A stretch of 64,000 bases of DNA, taken from Gemmatimonadales bacterium. GTDB taxonomy: Bacteria; Gemmatimonadota; Gemmatimonadetes; Gemmatimonadales; GWC2-71-9. The notes beneath the pieces were generated by a model that searched no databases, had not been told where the DNA came from, and was given only the letters and a program-made list of their open reading frames with translations. The stretch's first letter is position 1. Every line of letters begins with the position of its first letter. Positions 18,876 to 29,295 of the stretch are shown here, piece after piece. The stretch is from positions 11,987-75,986 of the forward strand of contig JBDIWC010000014.1 of NCBI GenBank assembly GCA_039794085.1, read 5' to 3'. Position numbers and translations under genes: made by a program.

Positions 18876-21800
18876 TCGCCTGGCTCATCGCGTGGTCGCT
18901 TCGGCGGCGCGTGCTGGTCCTCACCGTGACGGTCGCCGGGCTGATCGCCGGGGGCTGGTGGGCGCGGTCCACGCCCATCGACGCGATCCCCGATCTGTCC
19001 GACACCCAGGTGATCGTGTTCACCGAGTATCCCGGTCAGGCGCCCCAGGTGGTCGAGGATGCGGTAACCTATCCGTTAGTTCGTGCCCTGCTGGCAGTGC
19101 CGAAGGCCCGGGTGGTGCGGGGCCAGTCCCTGTTCGGCACCTCCTTCATCTACATCCTGTTCGAGGAGGGGACCGATCTGTACTGGGCCCGCAGCCGAGT
19201 CACCGAGGCCCTGCCCGCCGCCATCGACGGCCTTCCGGACGGCGTGCGCCCGCAACTGGGCCCGGACGCCACCGGTGTGGGGTGGGTCTTCCAGTATGCC
19301 GTGGAGGGAGAGGGGTATTCCCTCGACCAGCTCCGGTCGCTGCAGGACTGGGACATCCGGTTCGGCCTGCAGAGTGTGCCGGGAGTCGCCGAGGTCGCGA
19401 GCATCGGCGGGTTCGTCAAGCAGTATCAGGTCGTGCTCGATCCGGCCCGTCTCCTGGCGTCCGGCGTGACCTCGGATCGGATCATCCAGGTTCTCCGCGA
19501 ATCGAACACCGACGTGGGGGCCCGGACACTGGAGATCGGGGGGGGGGACTACATGATCCGGGGCCGGGGCTACCTCACCGGCGTATCCTCGATCGCCGGA
19601 CTCGTGGTAGCCACGGGTGCCGGGGGCGTCCCGGTCCGCATCGGCGACGTGGCGGACGTGACCATCGGCCCCGACCTCCGGCTCGGCATCGCGGAGCGGG
19701 ACGGCCGGGGCGAAGCCGTGGGCGGCGTGGTGATAATGCGGCAGGGTGAGAACGCCCTGCGAGTGATCACCGACGTGAAGGAGCGGATCGCCGAACTCCA
19801 GGCGGGCCTCCCTCCGGGGGTGCGGATCGTGCCGACCTACGACCGTTCCACGCTGATCCGGAGCGCGGTGAGCACCCTCCGGTGGACGCTGATCGAGGAA
19901 TCGCTCATCGTGGCGGCGGTCTGCTTTCTCTTCCTGCTCCATGCCCGGAGCGCCCTCGTCGCCATCGCCGTTCTCCCGCTCGGCATCCTGCTCGCCCTGG
20001 CCGCGATGCGCGTGGCCGGGGTGAACGCCAACATCATGTCGCTCGGCGGGCTGGCCATCGCCATCGGCGCCATGATCGATGCGGCCATCGTCATGATCGA
20101 GAACTTTCACAAGCACCGGGAACGCGCGCCGGAGGATGACCGGTGGGATGTGGTGCTCCGGGCCACCCGCGAGGTGGGGCCGGCGCTGTTCGTCTCCCTC
20201 CTCATCATCACCCTCTCCTTCCTGCCGCTTTTCGCGCTGCAGGCCGAGGAGGGCCGCCTCTTCCGGCCGCTGGCTCTCACCAAGACATTCGCGATGGCGG
20301 CCGCCGCCCTCCTCTCCGTCACCGTGGTCCCCGTCCTCATGGGGCTCTTCCTCACCGGGCGCACCCGTCCGGAGGAGGCCAATCCCGTGAACCGCTGGAC
20401 CATCCGTCTCTACCGACCGGTGCTGCGATGGGCCCTGCGGAACCGGGTGCTGGTGCTGGCCGGTACGCTGGCCGTGCTGGGCGCCACACTCTGGCCCCTG
20501 CGGCGTCTGGGCACCGAGTTCATGCCGCCACTGGAGGAGGGTACGCTGATGTACATGCCGAACTCGATTCCGGGTCTCTCGATCGCCCGGCAGCGGGAAC
20601 TTCTGCAACGGCAGGACAGCATCCTCATGTCGTTCCCCGAGGTCGCCTCGGTGTGGGGGAAGGCGGGCCGGGCACGCACGGCCACCGACCCGGCACCCAT
20701 CTCCATGGTGGAAACCATCGTCACCCTCACGGACCGTGCCACCTGGCCGGCGCCACTCTCCCAGGACGCCCTGATCGCCAAGCTCGACCGGGCGATGCGG
20801 TTTCCCGGCCTGGTGAACAGTTGGACCATGCCGATCAAGAACCGCACCGACATGCTCTCGACCGGCATCCGGACCTCCCTCGGCATCAAGATCTTCGGGC
20901 CCGATCTTCGCACGATCGAGTCGATCGGTGCGGACATCGAGCGCCGCCTGTCGTCACTGGCCGGCACCGCCAGCATCTTTGCCGAGCGGTCCTTCGGCGG
21001 ACGATACCTCGACGTCCAGTTGGATCGCGAGGCGATCGCCCGCCACGGTCTCACCACGGGCGCGGTACAGCGGGTGCTCGCCTCGGCCGTCGGGGGTGCC
21101 AACGTGACCTGGACTGTCGAGGGGCGGGAGCAATACCCCGTTCAGGTGCGTTTCGGGCGCGAGACGCGGGACGACCCCACCCGACTGGGGGGCATACTCA
21201 TCGGAACCCCGACGGGCCCCCAGATCCCGCTTCATCAACTGGCACACTTCACGTTCACGGACGGCGCTCCGATGATCCGGAGCGAGGACGGGCATCCGAC
21301 CGGGACGGTGTTCATCGACGTGCGCGGCCGGGACGTGGGGAGCTACGTGGAGGAGGCCCGATCCCTGCTCGAGCGCGACCTGACTCTGCCAGCCGGCTAC
21401 CGGCTTGCCTGGAGTGGTCAGTACGAGGCGCTGGAGAGGGTCACGGCGCGGCTCGCCCTCGTCGTCCCCGTGACGCTCGCGATCATCGCGCTGCTGCTCC
21501 ATCTCAATTTCCGGAACCCGGTTGAGGTGGCCATCGTGCTGGCCTCCCTGCCGTTCGCCCTGGTGGGCGGCATCTGGCTGCTCTGGATGCTCGACTACCA
21601 CCTTTCGGTGGCGGTCGCCGCAGGATTCATCGCCCTGGCCGGGCTCGCCACCCAGACCGGCGTGGTGATGCTCCTCTACCTCGATCACGCCTGGCGGGAG
21701 GCGGGTCCCGGCGGTCCCGCAACCCCCGAGGCCCTCCATGCGGCGGTGGAGGCCGGGGCCGTCCAGCGGGTCCGGCCCAAGGTGATGACCGTGGTGGCCA

Positions 21801-21997
21801 TCATGGCCGGACTGCTGCCCCTGATGTGGACCCACGGGAGCGGTGCGTCGGTGATGCAGCGGATCGCGGCCCCGATGCTCGGCGGCATGGTGTCGTCGAC
21901 GATCCTGACCCTCGTGGTCATCCCGGTGTTGTATGAGATCTGGCAGGGGAGACGTCTGGCCTCGACCCCGGCGCCGGGGAACACTCAGGTGGGGTGA
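18872..21997 (+). CDS. cusA: CusA/CzcA-family Cu/Ag efflux RND permease
   Basis: DAIPDLSDTQVI, LGPDATGVGW, GTEFMP, DPAPISMVET, RTDMLSTGI, RVRPKVMT. Confidence 0.95.
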   Translation: MIAWLIAWSLRRRVLVLTVTVAGLIAGGWWARSTPIDAIPDLSDTQVIVFTEYPGQAPQVVEDAVTYPLVRALLAVPKARVVRGQSLFGTSFIYILFEEGTDLYWARSRVTEALPAAIDGLPDGVRPQLGPDATGVGWVFQYAVEGEGYSLDQLRSLQDWDIRFGLQSVPGVAEVASIGGFVKQYQVVLDPARLLASGVTSDRIIQVLRESNTDVGARTLEIGGGDYMIRGRGYLTGVSSIAGLVVATGAGGVPVRIGDVADVTIGPDLRLGIAERDGRGEAVGGVVIMRQGENALRVITDVKERIAELQAGLPPGVRIVPTYDRSTLIRSAVSTLRWTLIEESLIVAAVCFLFLLHARSALVAIAVLPLGILLALAAMRVAGVNANIMSLGGLAIAIGAMIDAAIVMIENFHKHRERAPEDDRWDVVLRATREVGPALFVSLLIITLSFLPLFALQAEEGRLFRPLALTKTFAMAAAALLSVTVVPVLMGLFLTGRTRPEEANPVNRWTIRLYRPVLRWALRNRVLVLAGTLAVLGATLWPLRRLGTEFMPPLEEGTLMYMPNSIPGLSIARQRELLQRQDSILMSFPEVASVWGKAGRARTATDPAPISMVETIVTLTDRATWPAPLSQDALIAKLDRAMRFPGLVNSWTMPIKNRTDMLSTGIRTSLGIKIFGPDLRTIESIGADIERRLSSLAGTASIFAERSFGGRYLDVQLDREAIARHGLTTGAVQRVLASAVGGANVTWTVEGREQYPVQVRFGRETRDDPTRLGGILIGTPTGPQIPLHQLAHFTFTDGAPMIRSEDGHPTGTVFIDVRGRDVGSYVEEARSLLERDLTLPAGYRLAWSGQYEALERVTARLALVVPVTLAIIALLLHLNFRNPVEVAIVLASLPFALVGGIWLLWMLDYHLSVAVAAGFIALAGLATQTGVVMLLYLDHAWREAGPGGPATPEALHAAVEAGAVQRVRPKVMTVVAIMAGLLPLMWTHGSGASVMQRIAAPMLGGMVSSTILTLVVIPVLYEIWQGRRLASTPAPGNTQVG

Positions 21998-23931
21998 TTC
22001 CCCACGTCGAGCACTTCGCGCACCTTTCGGCCCAGCACCTCCATGGTGAAGGGTTTCTGCAGGAAAGCCGAACCTTCGAGGGAAATCCCCCGGGCGATCA
22101 TCGAGTCGGGGGCATACCCTGACAGAAAGAGCACCTGCACCTCGGGGCGATGTCGGCGCACCCCCTCGGCCACCTCGGCGCCATCCGCCCCGGGCAACAC
22201 AACGTCCGCCAGTAGAAGGTCGATCGGGCCGGCATGGGTTTCCGCCAGCCAGATCGCCTCCCCACCATTGGTCGTTTCCAGCACCGTGTACTCCAGCCGT
22301 CGCAGGAGGCGAACCAGCACCGTGCGGACCGCATCCTCGTCCTCGACGACGAGGATGGTCTCCTTCCCGACCGTTCTTTCCGGAGTGTTGCGATGCTCCG
22401 CCACCGGAACGGGGTCTCCAGGGGTCAGCGGCCAAGACACCCGGAAGGTGGTTCCGGCGCCGGGCGCACTCTCCACCTCGATGTGCCCACCTCCCTGCTG
22501 CACGATGCCAAATACCGTGGCCAAGCCAAGGCCGGTGCCGAGGTCGGCCTTGGTGGTGAAGAATGGCTCGAAGATTCTTTCCCGCGTGGCCTCGTCCATT
22601 CCGCAGCCTGTGTCCGCCACCGTCAGCACCCCCCACGTTCCCGACGGGACGGCCGTCTCGAGGCGGAGAACCCCTCCGCCCGTCATCGCATCACGAGCGT
22701 TGACCACCAGATTCATGAGGACCTGCTCCATCTGCCCGGGATCGGCCAGAATCGGTATCGGGTCGGGGTGGAGGGACGTGGAGAGTGTGATGTTGGCCCC
22801 GAGAAGGCGCCGCAGAAGATCCTCCGTGTCGTGGATGACATCGTTGAGATCCAACACCCGACGCTCGGCAATCTCATGCCGGCTGAAGGCCAGGAGCTGG
22901 CGGGTGAGTCGCGCCGATCGTTCCCCCGCCTGCTGAATCTCCTGGACGGCGCTCCGCAGATCCGAGGGGACGAGTTCTTCCAGAAGGAGGTCGGTGTGGC
23001 CGGCAATGACGGTCAGGAGATTGTTGACATCGTGAGCCACACCGCCCGCCAGGAGCCCCAACGCCTCCATCTTCTGGGCGCGACGTAACATCGCGGCGAG
23101 GTCGCGTTCCTCCTTCATGTTCTTGAGCACGAAGACGAACCCCCGGGCCGCACCCGAGGGATCCCGCATCGGTGCCCCGGTGGTGACCACGGGGATCCGA
23201 CTCCCGTCCCGCGCGACAATGGCTGTCTCGCGGTCTCCCCCGATCCGGACCGGCCCACGACGGACCTGGTCCGTCACCCGGAACATGTTCTTCCCGGTCT
23301 GGAGATCGAGAAGGTGTGCCACGTCCTCCATCGGTCGCCCCGCCGCGTCCCGCTCGGTCCAGCCGAGGAGTTGCTCCGCTGCGGGGTTCATGCCCGTCAC
23401 GCGACCCTCCACATCGGTGGCGAGGACGCCTTCGCTCATGCAATTGAGGGTGGTGGCCAGATCCTCCCGGCTCCTTCGCAGATCCTCCAGGGCCCTCCTC
23501 TGCTCCGACACATCCACCGAGAGGATCAACACACCCGCCCGAACCGGATGCATTCGGAGATCGAACCATCCTCCGGTGCCATCGGGGAAGGTGAAATGGT
23601 TGGTGAAGGAACCGGGCACGCGGGTCCGCAGGCAGGTGTCCAGACGCCGGAAGAGCTCGGTCTCCTCAATGTCCGGATAGACCTCCGGCATCCGTCGCCC
23701 GATCAACTCCTCCCGCGGGTACTTCCCCTGGCGGGCGGCCGCGTGATTGAGGTAGATGTACCGGTGCTCGAAATCGAGGATCTGAACCCCCTCGAACAGA
23801 TCATCGAACAGCACGTGCTGGCCGGCCTCGATGTTTCCCGTGGCGAGGGCGCTCTCCAAAGTCTGCACTCTCCGTTGGAGGAGCCGGAAGCCGGCCTCAG
23901 ATCCTTCCTCGCGATAGTCGTCCATGGGCAA
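21985..23931 (-). CDS. PAS-PAS hybrid sensor histidine kinase/receiver
   Basis: [36 protein letters not shown], receiver [15 protein letters not shown]. Confidence 0.95.
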   Translation of the reverse strand: MPMDDYREEGSEAGFRLLQRRVQTLESALATGNIEAGQHVLFDDLFEGVQILDFEHRYIYLNHAAARQGKYPREELIGRRMPEVYPDIEETELFRRLDTCLRTRVPGSFTNHFTFPDGTGGWFDLRMHPVRAGVLILSVDVSEQRRALEDLRRSREDLATTLNCMSEGVLATDVEGRVTGMNPAAEQLLGWTERDAAGRPMEDVAHLLDLQTGKNMFRVTDQVRRGPVRIGGDRETAIVARDGSRIPVVTTGAPMRDPSGAARGFVFVLKNMKEERDLAAMLRRAQKMEALGLLAGGVAHDVNNLLTVIAGHTDLLLEELVPSDLRSAVQEIQQAGERSARLTRQLLAFSRHEIAERRVLDLNDVIHDTEDLLRRLLGANITLSTSLHPDPIPILADPGQMEQVLMNLVVNARDAMTGGGVLRLETAVPSGTWGVLTVADTGCGMDEATRERIFEPFFTTKADLGTGLGLATVFGIVQQGGGHIEVESAPGAGTTFRVSWPLTPGDPVPVAEHRNTPERTVGKETILVVEDEDAVRTVLVRLLRRLEYTVLETTNGGEAIWLAETHAGPIDLLLADVVLPGADGAEVAEGVRRHRPEVQVLFLSGYAPDSMIARGISLEGSAFLQKPFTMEVLGRKVREVLDVGNHPT

Positions 23932-24208
23932 CCTCTCCCGGTGGCGCCGTCGTCAGGGCAGAGCTGACCTAACGCTACAGTAGATACGGTCAATCATCTC
24001 TACGAATGTATCGTGTCGCGACGACCAGCACAACAGTCGCATTTATTGACGCTCGTGTATGTGTCTCATTGTGTGACAACGATTCGCCGCAAGTCGTGAT
24101 CCCGCATCACGGAACGGCAACACGCCACCATCGGGTTTCTCGGGGGAGGATGGCTTCCGAGGGAATCACCCGACTTGCTTCCTCACAGCGCCGGCCCGAT
24201 CTTGGTCC

Positions 24209-26761
24209 ATGCCCCCACGCCTCCGGCTTTTCCTGGTGTTGTCCGTCCTCACCACCTCTCCCCTCGCGGCTCAGCGCCCCGACACGCGGGTACCGGACCT
24301 GATCCGCCGGATGACGGTGGAGGAGAAGTTCTGGCAGCTCTTCATGCTTCCCGGTCAGCCCGGCGCCCCAGGGGAGGACTACCGGCACGGCGTCTTCGGC
24401 CTTCAGATTCCCCCGGCGGCCACGGCGCGGGCCGATGCACAACGGATCGACGACGCCCAACGCCATGTCGTGACCCGCACCCGGCTCGGCATCCCGATGA
24501 TCCCCTTCGAGGAGGCGGTTCACGGACTCCGCCGGCCCGGGGCGACGATGTTTCCGCAAGCCATCGCGCTGGCCGCCACCTGGGACACCGCCCTGATGGG
24601 TCGAGTGGCGGCGGCGATTGCGAAGGAGACCCGTACTCGTGGCATCCGTCAGGTTCTTGCTCCCGTGGTGAACCTTGCCACCGACGTGCGATGGGGGCGC
24701 GTGGAGGAGACCTACGGCGAGGATCCGTTCCTCGCCTCGCGCATGGCGACTGCGTATGTCACACCCTTCACCCGGGCCGGTGTGATCACGACACCGAAGC
24801 ACTTTGTGGCCAATGTCGGTGAGGGTGGACGGGACAGTTGGCCCATCGCCCTCGATGACCGCACCCTTGCCGACCTCCACTTCCCTCCGTTCCGGTCGGC
24901 CCTCGCCGCGGGGGCCCTGTCGGTCATGACGGCCTACAACTCCGTGGGGGGGCTGCCCGCCACGCAGAACCATCGCCTCCTGTCGGGGACGCTGAAGGGC
25001 GAGTGGGGATTCCGGGGTTTCGTGATTTCCGACGCGTCGGCCACGGGGGGAAGCACGGTTCTCCACCGCACCGACCCCAACACGCCGACCGCCACCCAGC
25101 ATGCCTTTGCGGCGGGACTCGACGTGGTGTTCCAGTCATCGTGGCCCGATCACCGCCCCTATCTGGATGCGTTTCGGCGCGGGCTCATCCCGAGCGAGGT
25201 CATCGATTCCTCCCTGACCCGGGTCCTCTCGGCGAAGGAGAATCTCGGGCTGTTTGAGGCTCCCTTCGTCGATCCCGACAGCGCAGCCCATTGGAACGGC
25301 CACCCGGACCACCTCGCGCTGGCCCGCGAGGCGGCAGCCGCCGCCCTCGTACTCCTCCACAACCTGAGAGGCCGACTTCCCCTCGATCCCGGCCTCGGAA
25401 CGGTGGCCGTGATCGGTCCCGACGCGGTCGAAACGCGGCTGGGCGGCTACAGTGCCCCCGGGGTGGCACCCGTCTCCATCCTCGACGCGCTCCGGAAGCG
25501 CCTCGGCAACCGGATTCGCCATGCCCCCGGCCCCGGACGTGCCACCCGCGAGTACGAGACGGTTCCTCCGGGACACCTCGACCTGACGACCGATTTCTTC
25601 GAATCACCCACCCTCGAAGGCGCTCCGATCGCAACCCGCCCCGACTCCCTGATCGACGCACGCTGGACGTTCAATCCGCCGGTGCGTGGTCTTCCCCCCG
25701 ACTGGTACGGGGTGCGATGGTCCGGGCACCTCACCGTGGGTGTCGACACGGTGTCTCGACTCGGGGTGGAAGGAACCGACGGCTGGCGGCTCTTTCTCGG
25801 CGACACCCTCCTGCTCGATCACTCACACAAGCGCGCGTGGGGGGTGGACCTTGTCCCGGTGCTCCTCCCTCCCGGCAGCCGTCATGCTCTCCGGCTCGAG
25901 TACGCCCACACCACGGGAAACGCCCGGGTGCGTCTCGTCTGGGACACGGGACATGGCCACGATTGGCGAGCCCTTACGGACAGCGCAACCGCGCTGGCCC
26001 GCCGGAGCGACGTGGCCCTCGTCGTGGCCGGCATCGAGGAAGGGGAGTTCCGGGATCGCGCCGGACTGGGTCTTCCCGGACACCAGGAGGAGATGATTCG
26101 CGCCGTGGCGGCCACGGGCACACCCACGGTCGTGATCCTCATCGGGGGAAGCGCCATCACCATGCCCTGGCTCGACGACGTCGACGCCGTCCTCCATGCG
26201 TGGTACCCCGGTGAGGCGGGCGGACGGGCCCTGGCGGATGTCCTCCTGGGAGACCACAACCCGTCGGGCCGCCTCCCGATCACCTTCCCGCGCGCCGAGG
26301 GGCAGCTTCCCCTCGTCTACAACCACCTGCCGACCGGCCGCGGCGATGACTATGTCGACCTCACGGGGGAGCCCCTCTTTCCCTTCGGATACGGGCTGAG
26401 CTACACGACCTTCGCCTATTCCGACCTCCGCATCACCCCGGATTCGATCTCCCCGGACGGGAGCACCCTCGTCGAGTTCCGGATCACCAACACGGGGACG
26501 CGCACAGGAGCCGAGATCGCACAGCTCTACCTGCGCGATATCCTCGCGTCGGTGACCCAGCCGGTCCTCGCCCTCAAGGGCTTCCAGAAGGTTGTTCTGG
26601 AGCCGGCGGAGTCGCGAGCCCTCACGTTCTCTCTAGGACGGGACGAGCTGTCACTTCTCGGCGAAGATCTCCGCCGAGTCGTCGAGCCCGGTCGCTTCCA
26701 TCTGTACGTGGGAGCCTCCTCCCGGGACATCCGGCTTCGGGGCATCCTCGAAGTTCGGTGA
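24209..26761 (+). CDS. GH3 beta-glucosidase/xylosidase with PA14-like insert and Fn3-like C-terminus
   Basis: WGRVEETYGEDP, PKHF, GFRGFVISD, NPSGRLP, FPFGYGLSYTTF. Confidence 0.95.
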   Translation: MPPRLRLFLVLSVLTTSPLAAQRPDTRVPDLIRRMTVEEKFWQLFMLPGQPGAPGEDYRHGVFGLQIPPAATARADAQRIDDAQRHVVTRTRLGIPMIPFEEAVHGLRRPGATMFPQAIALAATWDTALMGRVAAAIAKETRTRGIRQVLAPVVNLATDVRWGRVEETYGEDPFLASRMATAYVTPFTRAGVITTPKHFVANVGEGGRDSWPIALDDRTLADLHFPPFRSALAAGALSVMTAYNSVGGLPATQNHRLLSGTLKGEWGFRGFVISDASATGGSTVLHRTDPNTPTATQHAFAAGLDVVFQSSWPDHRPYLDAFRRGLIPSEVIDSSLTRVLSAKENLGLFEAPFVDPDSAAHWNGHPDHLALAREAAAAALVLLHNLRGRLPLDPGLGTVAVIGPDAVETRLGGYSAPGVAPVSILDALRKRLGNRIRHAPGPGRATREYETVPPGHLDLTTDFFESPTLEGAPIATRPDSLIDARWTFNPPVRGLPPDWYGVRWSGHLTVGVDTVSRLGVEGTDGWRLFLGDTLLLDHSHKRAWGVDLVPVLLPPGSRHALRLEYAHTTGNARVRLVWDTGHGHDWRALTDSATALARRSDVALVVAGIEEGEFRDRAGLGLPGHQEEMIRAVAATGTPTVVILIGGSAITMPWLDDVDAVLHAWYPGEAGGRALADVLLGDHNPSGRLPITFPRAEGQLPLVYNHLPTGRGDDYVDLTGEPLFPFGYGLSYTTFAYSDLRITPDSISPDGSTLVEFRITNTGTRTGAEIAQLYLRDILASVTQPVLALKGFQKVVLEPAESRALTFSLGRDELSLLGEDLRRVVEPGRFHLYVGASSRDIRLRGILEVR

Positions 26762-26833
26762 TCACACGTCGTCGTGAATCCTGGCGGGCCATCCTCTCGT
26801 ACAGGGGGCCCACCTCCACCGTGGAGCTTTTCT

Positions 26834-28066
26834 GTGACCGTTCGTGACGCCATCGGCATGGGCCTCGGCGCTCTCCGCCAGCACCGGCTCCGCACCCTGT
26901 TGTCGATGCTGGGAGTGATCATTGGCGTGGCGGCCCTGGTGGCTGTTCTCAGCCTCGGCGATGGCATGGAAACCTTCGCCCGGGCCGAGATTGCGGAGAC
27001 CACGTCACTGCAGGGAGTGTCCGTCAGCCCGGCCCTGACCCGCCGGCAGGATGGGCTCGCCCTCCCCGTCTCCCATGTCATCCAATTGACAGTGGATCAC
27101 CTCGATGCGCTCTCCGCCAGCCCGCATGTGACTCGGGGCATGATCGAAGTGAGCGCCGCGGCGCTGGCCCATCACCCCGACCAGCCCGACTCCACCCGAG
27201 CGGTGATGGTGACCGGCCGGGCGGAGTCCGGAGACAGCTCCGTACTCTCCCTTCCGGACCAGGGGCGTGGAATGAGTCCGGACGAAGCGCGAGGGAGCAC
27301 CCCCGTCATGGTGGTGTCCACGGCCTTCGCCGAGTGGATTACCGGGGAGAGGGCGGACGGGGCCGTGGGCCGCCGGGTGAGGGTGGGAACCCGGGATTGG
27401 GAGATCCTCGGGGTTCGGAGCGGTGGCCCGGGCCGGTTCTTCACGGCGGAGGTCCCCGTGGGCCTGGCCTCGGAGGCGTTTGCCCCGTCCCCTATCCCTC
27501 GCGTTCCCACGATCGCGCTGGCCGCACGGAGCATCGAGTCCGTGGATTCAGTCCGTGCGCAGGCCCAGTCCTGGCTCCGCTCCCAGGGTCCGGAGTGGCC
27601 CGACCTCGTCACGGTTGCCACCTCGGAGGGGCGGCTGCGGCAGGCGCTGACGGCCATCCGCGTGTTCAAGATCTTCATGGGATCGGTGGTGGGCATCGCG
27701 TTGCTGGTGGGGGGGATCGGGATCATGAACATCCTCCTCGCCTCCGTGGCCGAGCGCACCCGCGAGATCGGCATCCGCCGTGCCGTGGGGGCCCGGCAAA
27801 GGGACATTCGCCGGCAGTTCCTGGTCGAGGCGTTGACGATCACGGGGCTGGGTAGTGCGATCGGGACCGGGATCGGCCTGGCAATGAGTTACCTCGCCAC
27901 GGCGATCATGCGGATGCAGACCGAGGCCCAGGTGCAGTCGGGGTTCAGCCTGAGCACCCTGGTGGTGGCCGCCGCGGGGGGGATCCTGCTCGGCATCATT
28001 TTCGGGGCCTATCCGGCCCATCGCGCCGCCACCCTGGTGCCGGTGGACGCCATCCGGCACGAGTGA
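26834..28066 (+). CDS. ABC transporter permease (MacB/FtsX-like)
   Basis: RTLLSMLGVIIGV, LVGGIGIMNILLASVAERTREIGIRRAVGA, YPAHRAA. Confidence 0.92.
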   Translation: MTVRDAIGMGLGALRQHRLRTLLSMLGVIIGVAALVAVLSLGDGMETFARAEIAETTSLQGVSVSPALTRRQDGLALPVSHVIQLTVDHLDALSASPHVTRGMIEVSAAALAHHPDQPDSTRAVMVTGRAESGDSSVLSLPDQGRGMSPDEARGSTPVMVVSTAFAEWITGERADGAVGRRVRVGTRDWEILGVRSGGPGRFFTAEVPVGLASEAFAPSPIPRVPTIALAARSIESVDSVRAQAQSWLRSQGPEWPDLVTVATSEGRLRQALTAIRVFKIFMGSVVGIALLVGGIGIMNILLASVAERTREIGIRRAVGARQRDIRRQFLVEALTITGLGSAIGTGIGLAMSYLATAIMRMQTEAQVQSGFSLSTLVVAAAGGILLGIIFGAYPAHRAATLVPVDAIRHE

Positions 28067-28069
28067 GGG

Positions 28070-28174
<105 letters not shown>

Positions 28175-28269
28175 AGTGAAAATACCAAACGTCATCCCGC
28201 TGGGTTGGGGGAGGCCACGAGGGGATTCCATCGTCCTGGTAGGCGTTGGCCGTCGCGTCCTCACTTCAA

Positions 28270-28785
28270 TCAGGTAGGCGGAACCGGTGTGTTGCTCTCT
28301 GACTTGTGTCTTTGTGCCATGCGGACAAAAGCATAGAGAGAATCAGCCAGTGTGCCTGGAGCACGATTATCTGCCACAGCTGCCATCGGGGTCCGGTTCA
28401 AGACTACTTCCAACGCGGTATTGCAGTTTTCATGCCCTTTCTTCTTCGTAACCGTAACTTTCTTCTTCTTCACGTCAATCCCCGGAGTCGTCAAGGCCTT
28501 GGTCTCCAACACCCGTAGTATCGAGTCACGGTCCTCTTCGGTTTTCATGTACAGGCGCACCTTCACGCTTTCGGGATACTTGCCTCCATCCACCCAGACC
28601 ATGTGGACCGGGCCATGGGGCAAGATCTCAGTCCAGACCTGATCGTCGCGCGTATTCACGATATCTGTAAATCCCCAGCCGTCGGCCTTGAGGTCCTCCT
28701 TCATCCGCGAGGCGAATGCGATGCCTCCGTCCATGTCGCTACAGCCAAGTGTCATCTCGAAGCCCCGGAGAAGGTGAGAATGCAA
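28270..28785 (-). CDS. Hypothetical protein or gene fragment, lower GC
   Basis: 171-aa Lys-rich ORF, visibly more AT-rich than flanks; no family recognised; start uncertain. Confidence 0.45.
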   Translation of the reverse strand: MHSHLLRGFEMTLGCSDMDGGIAFASRMKEDLKADGWGFTDIVNTRDDQVWTEILPHGPVHMVWVDGGKYPESVKVRLYMKTEEDRDSILRVLETKALTTPGIDVKKKKVTVTKKKGHENCNTALEVVLNRTPMAAVADNRAPGTLADSLYAFVRMAQRHKSESNTPVPPT

Positions 28786-28870
28786 ATCTAGTGGGAGAAA
28801 GGCCGGACTGCAGGGCAGCTTGGCACCCCGCCGTGTCGCATCACCACAAGGGGGCGCCCAATGTGATTGC

Positions 28871-28896
28871 CCCTACTCCCTATTCCCTACTCCCTA
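28871..28896. repeat. Heptamer repeat CCCTA(C/T)T; related blocks at 29219-29243, 35622-35657, 52242-52256
   Basis: Direct reading. Confidence 0.75.
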
Positions 28897-28921
28897 AGCC
28901 GGCAGAGCCGGAACCAAAGAG

Positions 28922-29112
28922 GCGTGTCGAGTTTTCGCGTGAGTTCCCCGGGGCTTTCGCCCCGGGCTCGGCGGCGAGAGGCCGTTCACACGGCCGGGTG
29001 TTCGTCTGGGCTGCCGGTGGCGTGAGCCACCTCCCCCGGCCGAGCAAGGGGCGTCAGCCCCGGGAAACGCCACTCGCCGGGTCACGGCGCACTCCGCGAC
29101 GCGAAGGCACAC
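28922..29112 (-). ncRNA. Candidate structured non-coding RNA, family unknown
   Basis: End-to-end pairing plus nested hairpins with GAAA, GUGA and UCAC loops on minus strand; TTGACG at 29141-29136; strand uncertain. Confidence 0.45.
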
Positions 29113-29295
29113 AAGTTGAATACACTCCGAACCGCCGTCAAACGCAGTACCGGCGTGGGTTTCCGGGCGTCGGCCAAAATATTGTTGCCATTTTGTGTTC
29201 AAGCTTGTCCGTAAGGAACTATTCCCTACTCCCCACTCCCCACCTATGATTGAAACAGTCCCATCCTTCCCCGCATCCTGTGGCCGGAGATCCCC

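Noticed and set aside
29119..29295. Moco riboswitch upstream of fdh
   Set aside because: Only the ACACTCCGA start resembles it; the GCCUCC and GGAAAGG elements I would expect are not visible. Rfam scan needed to exclude fully
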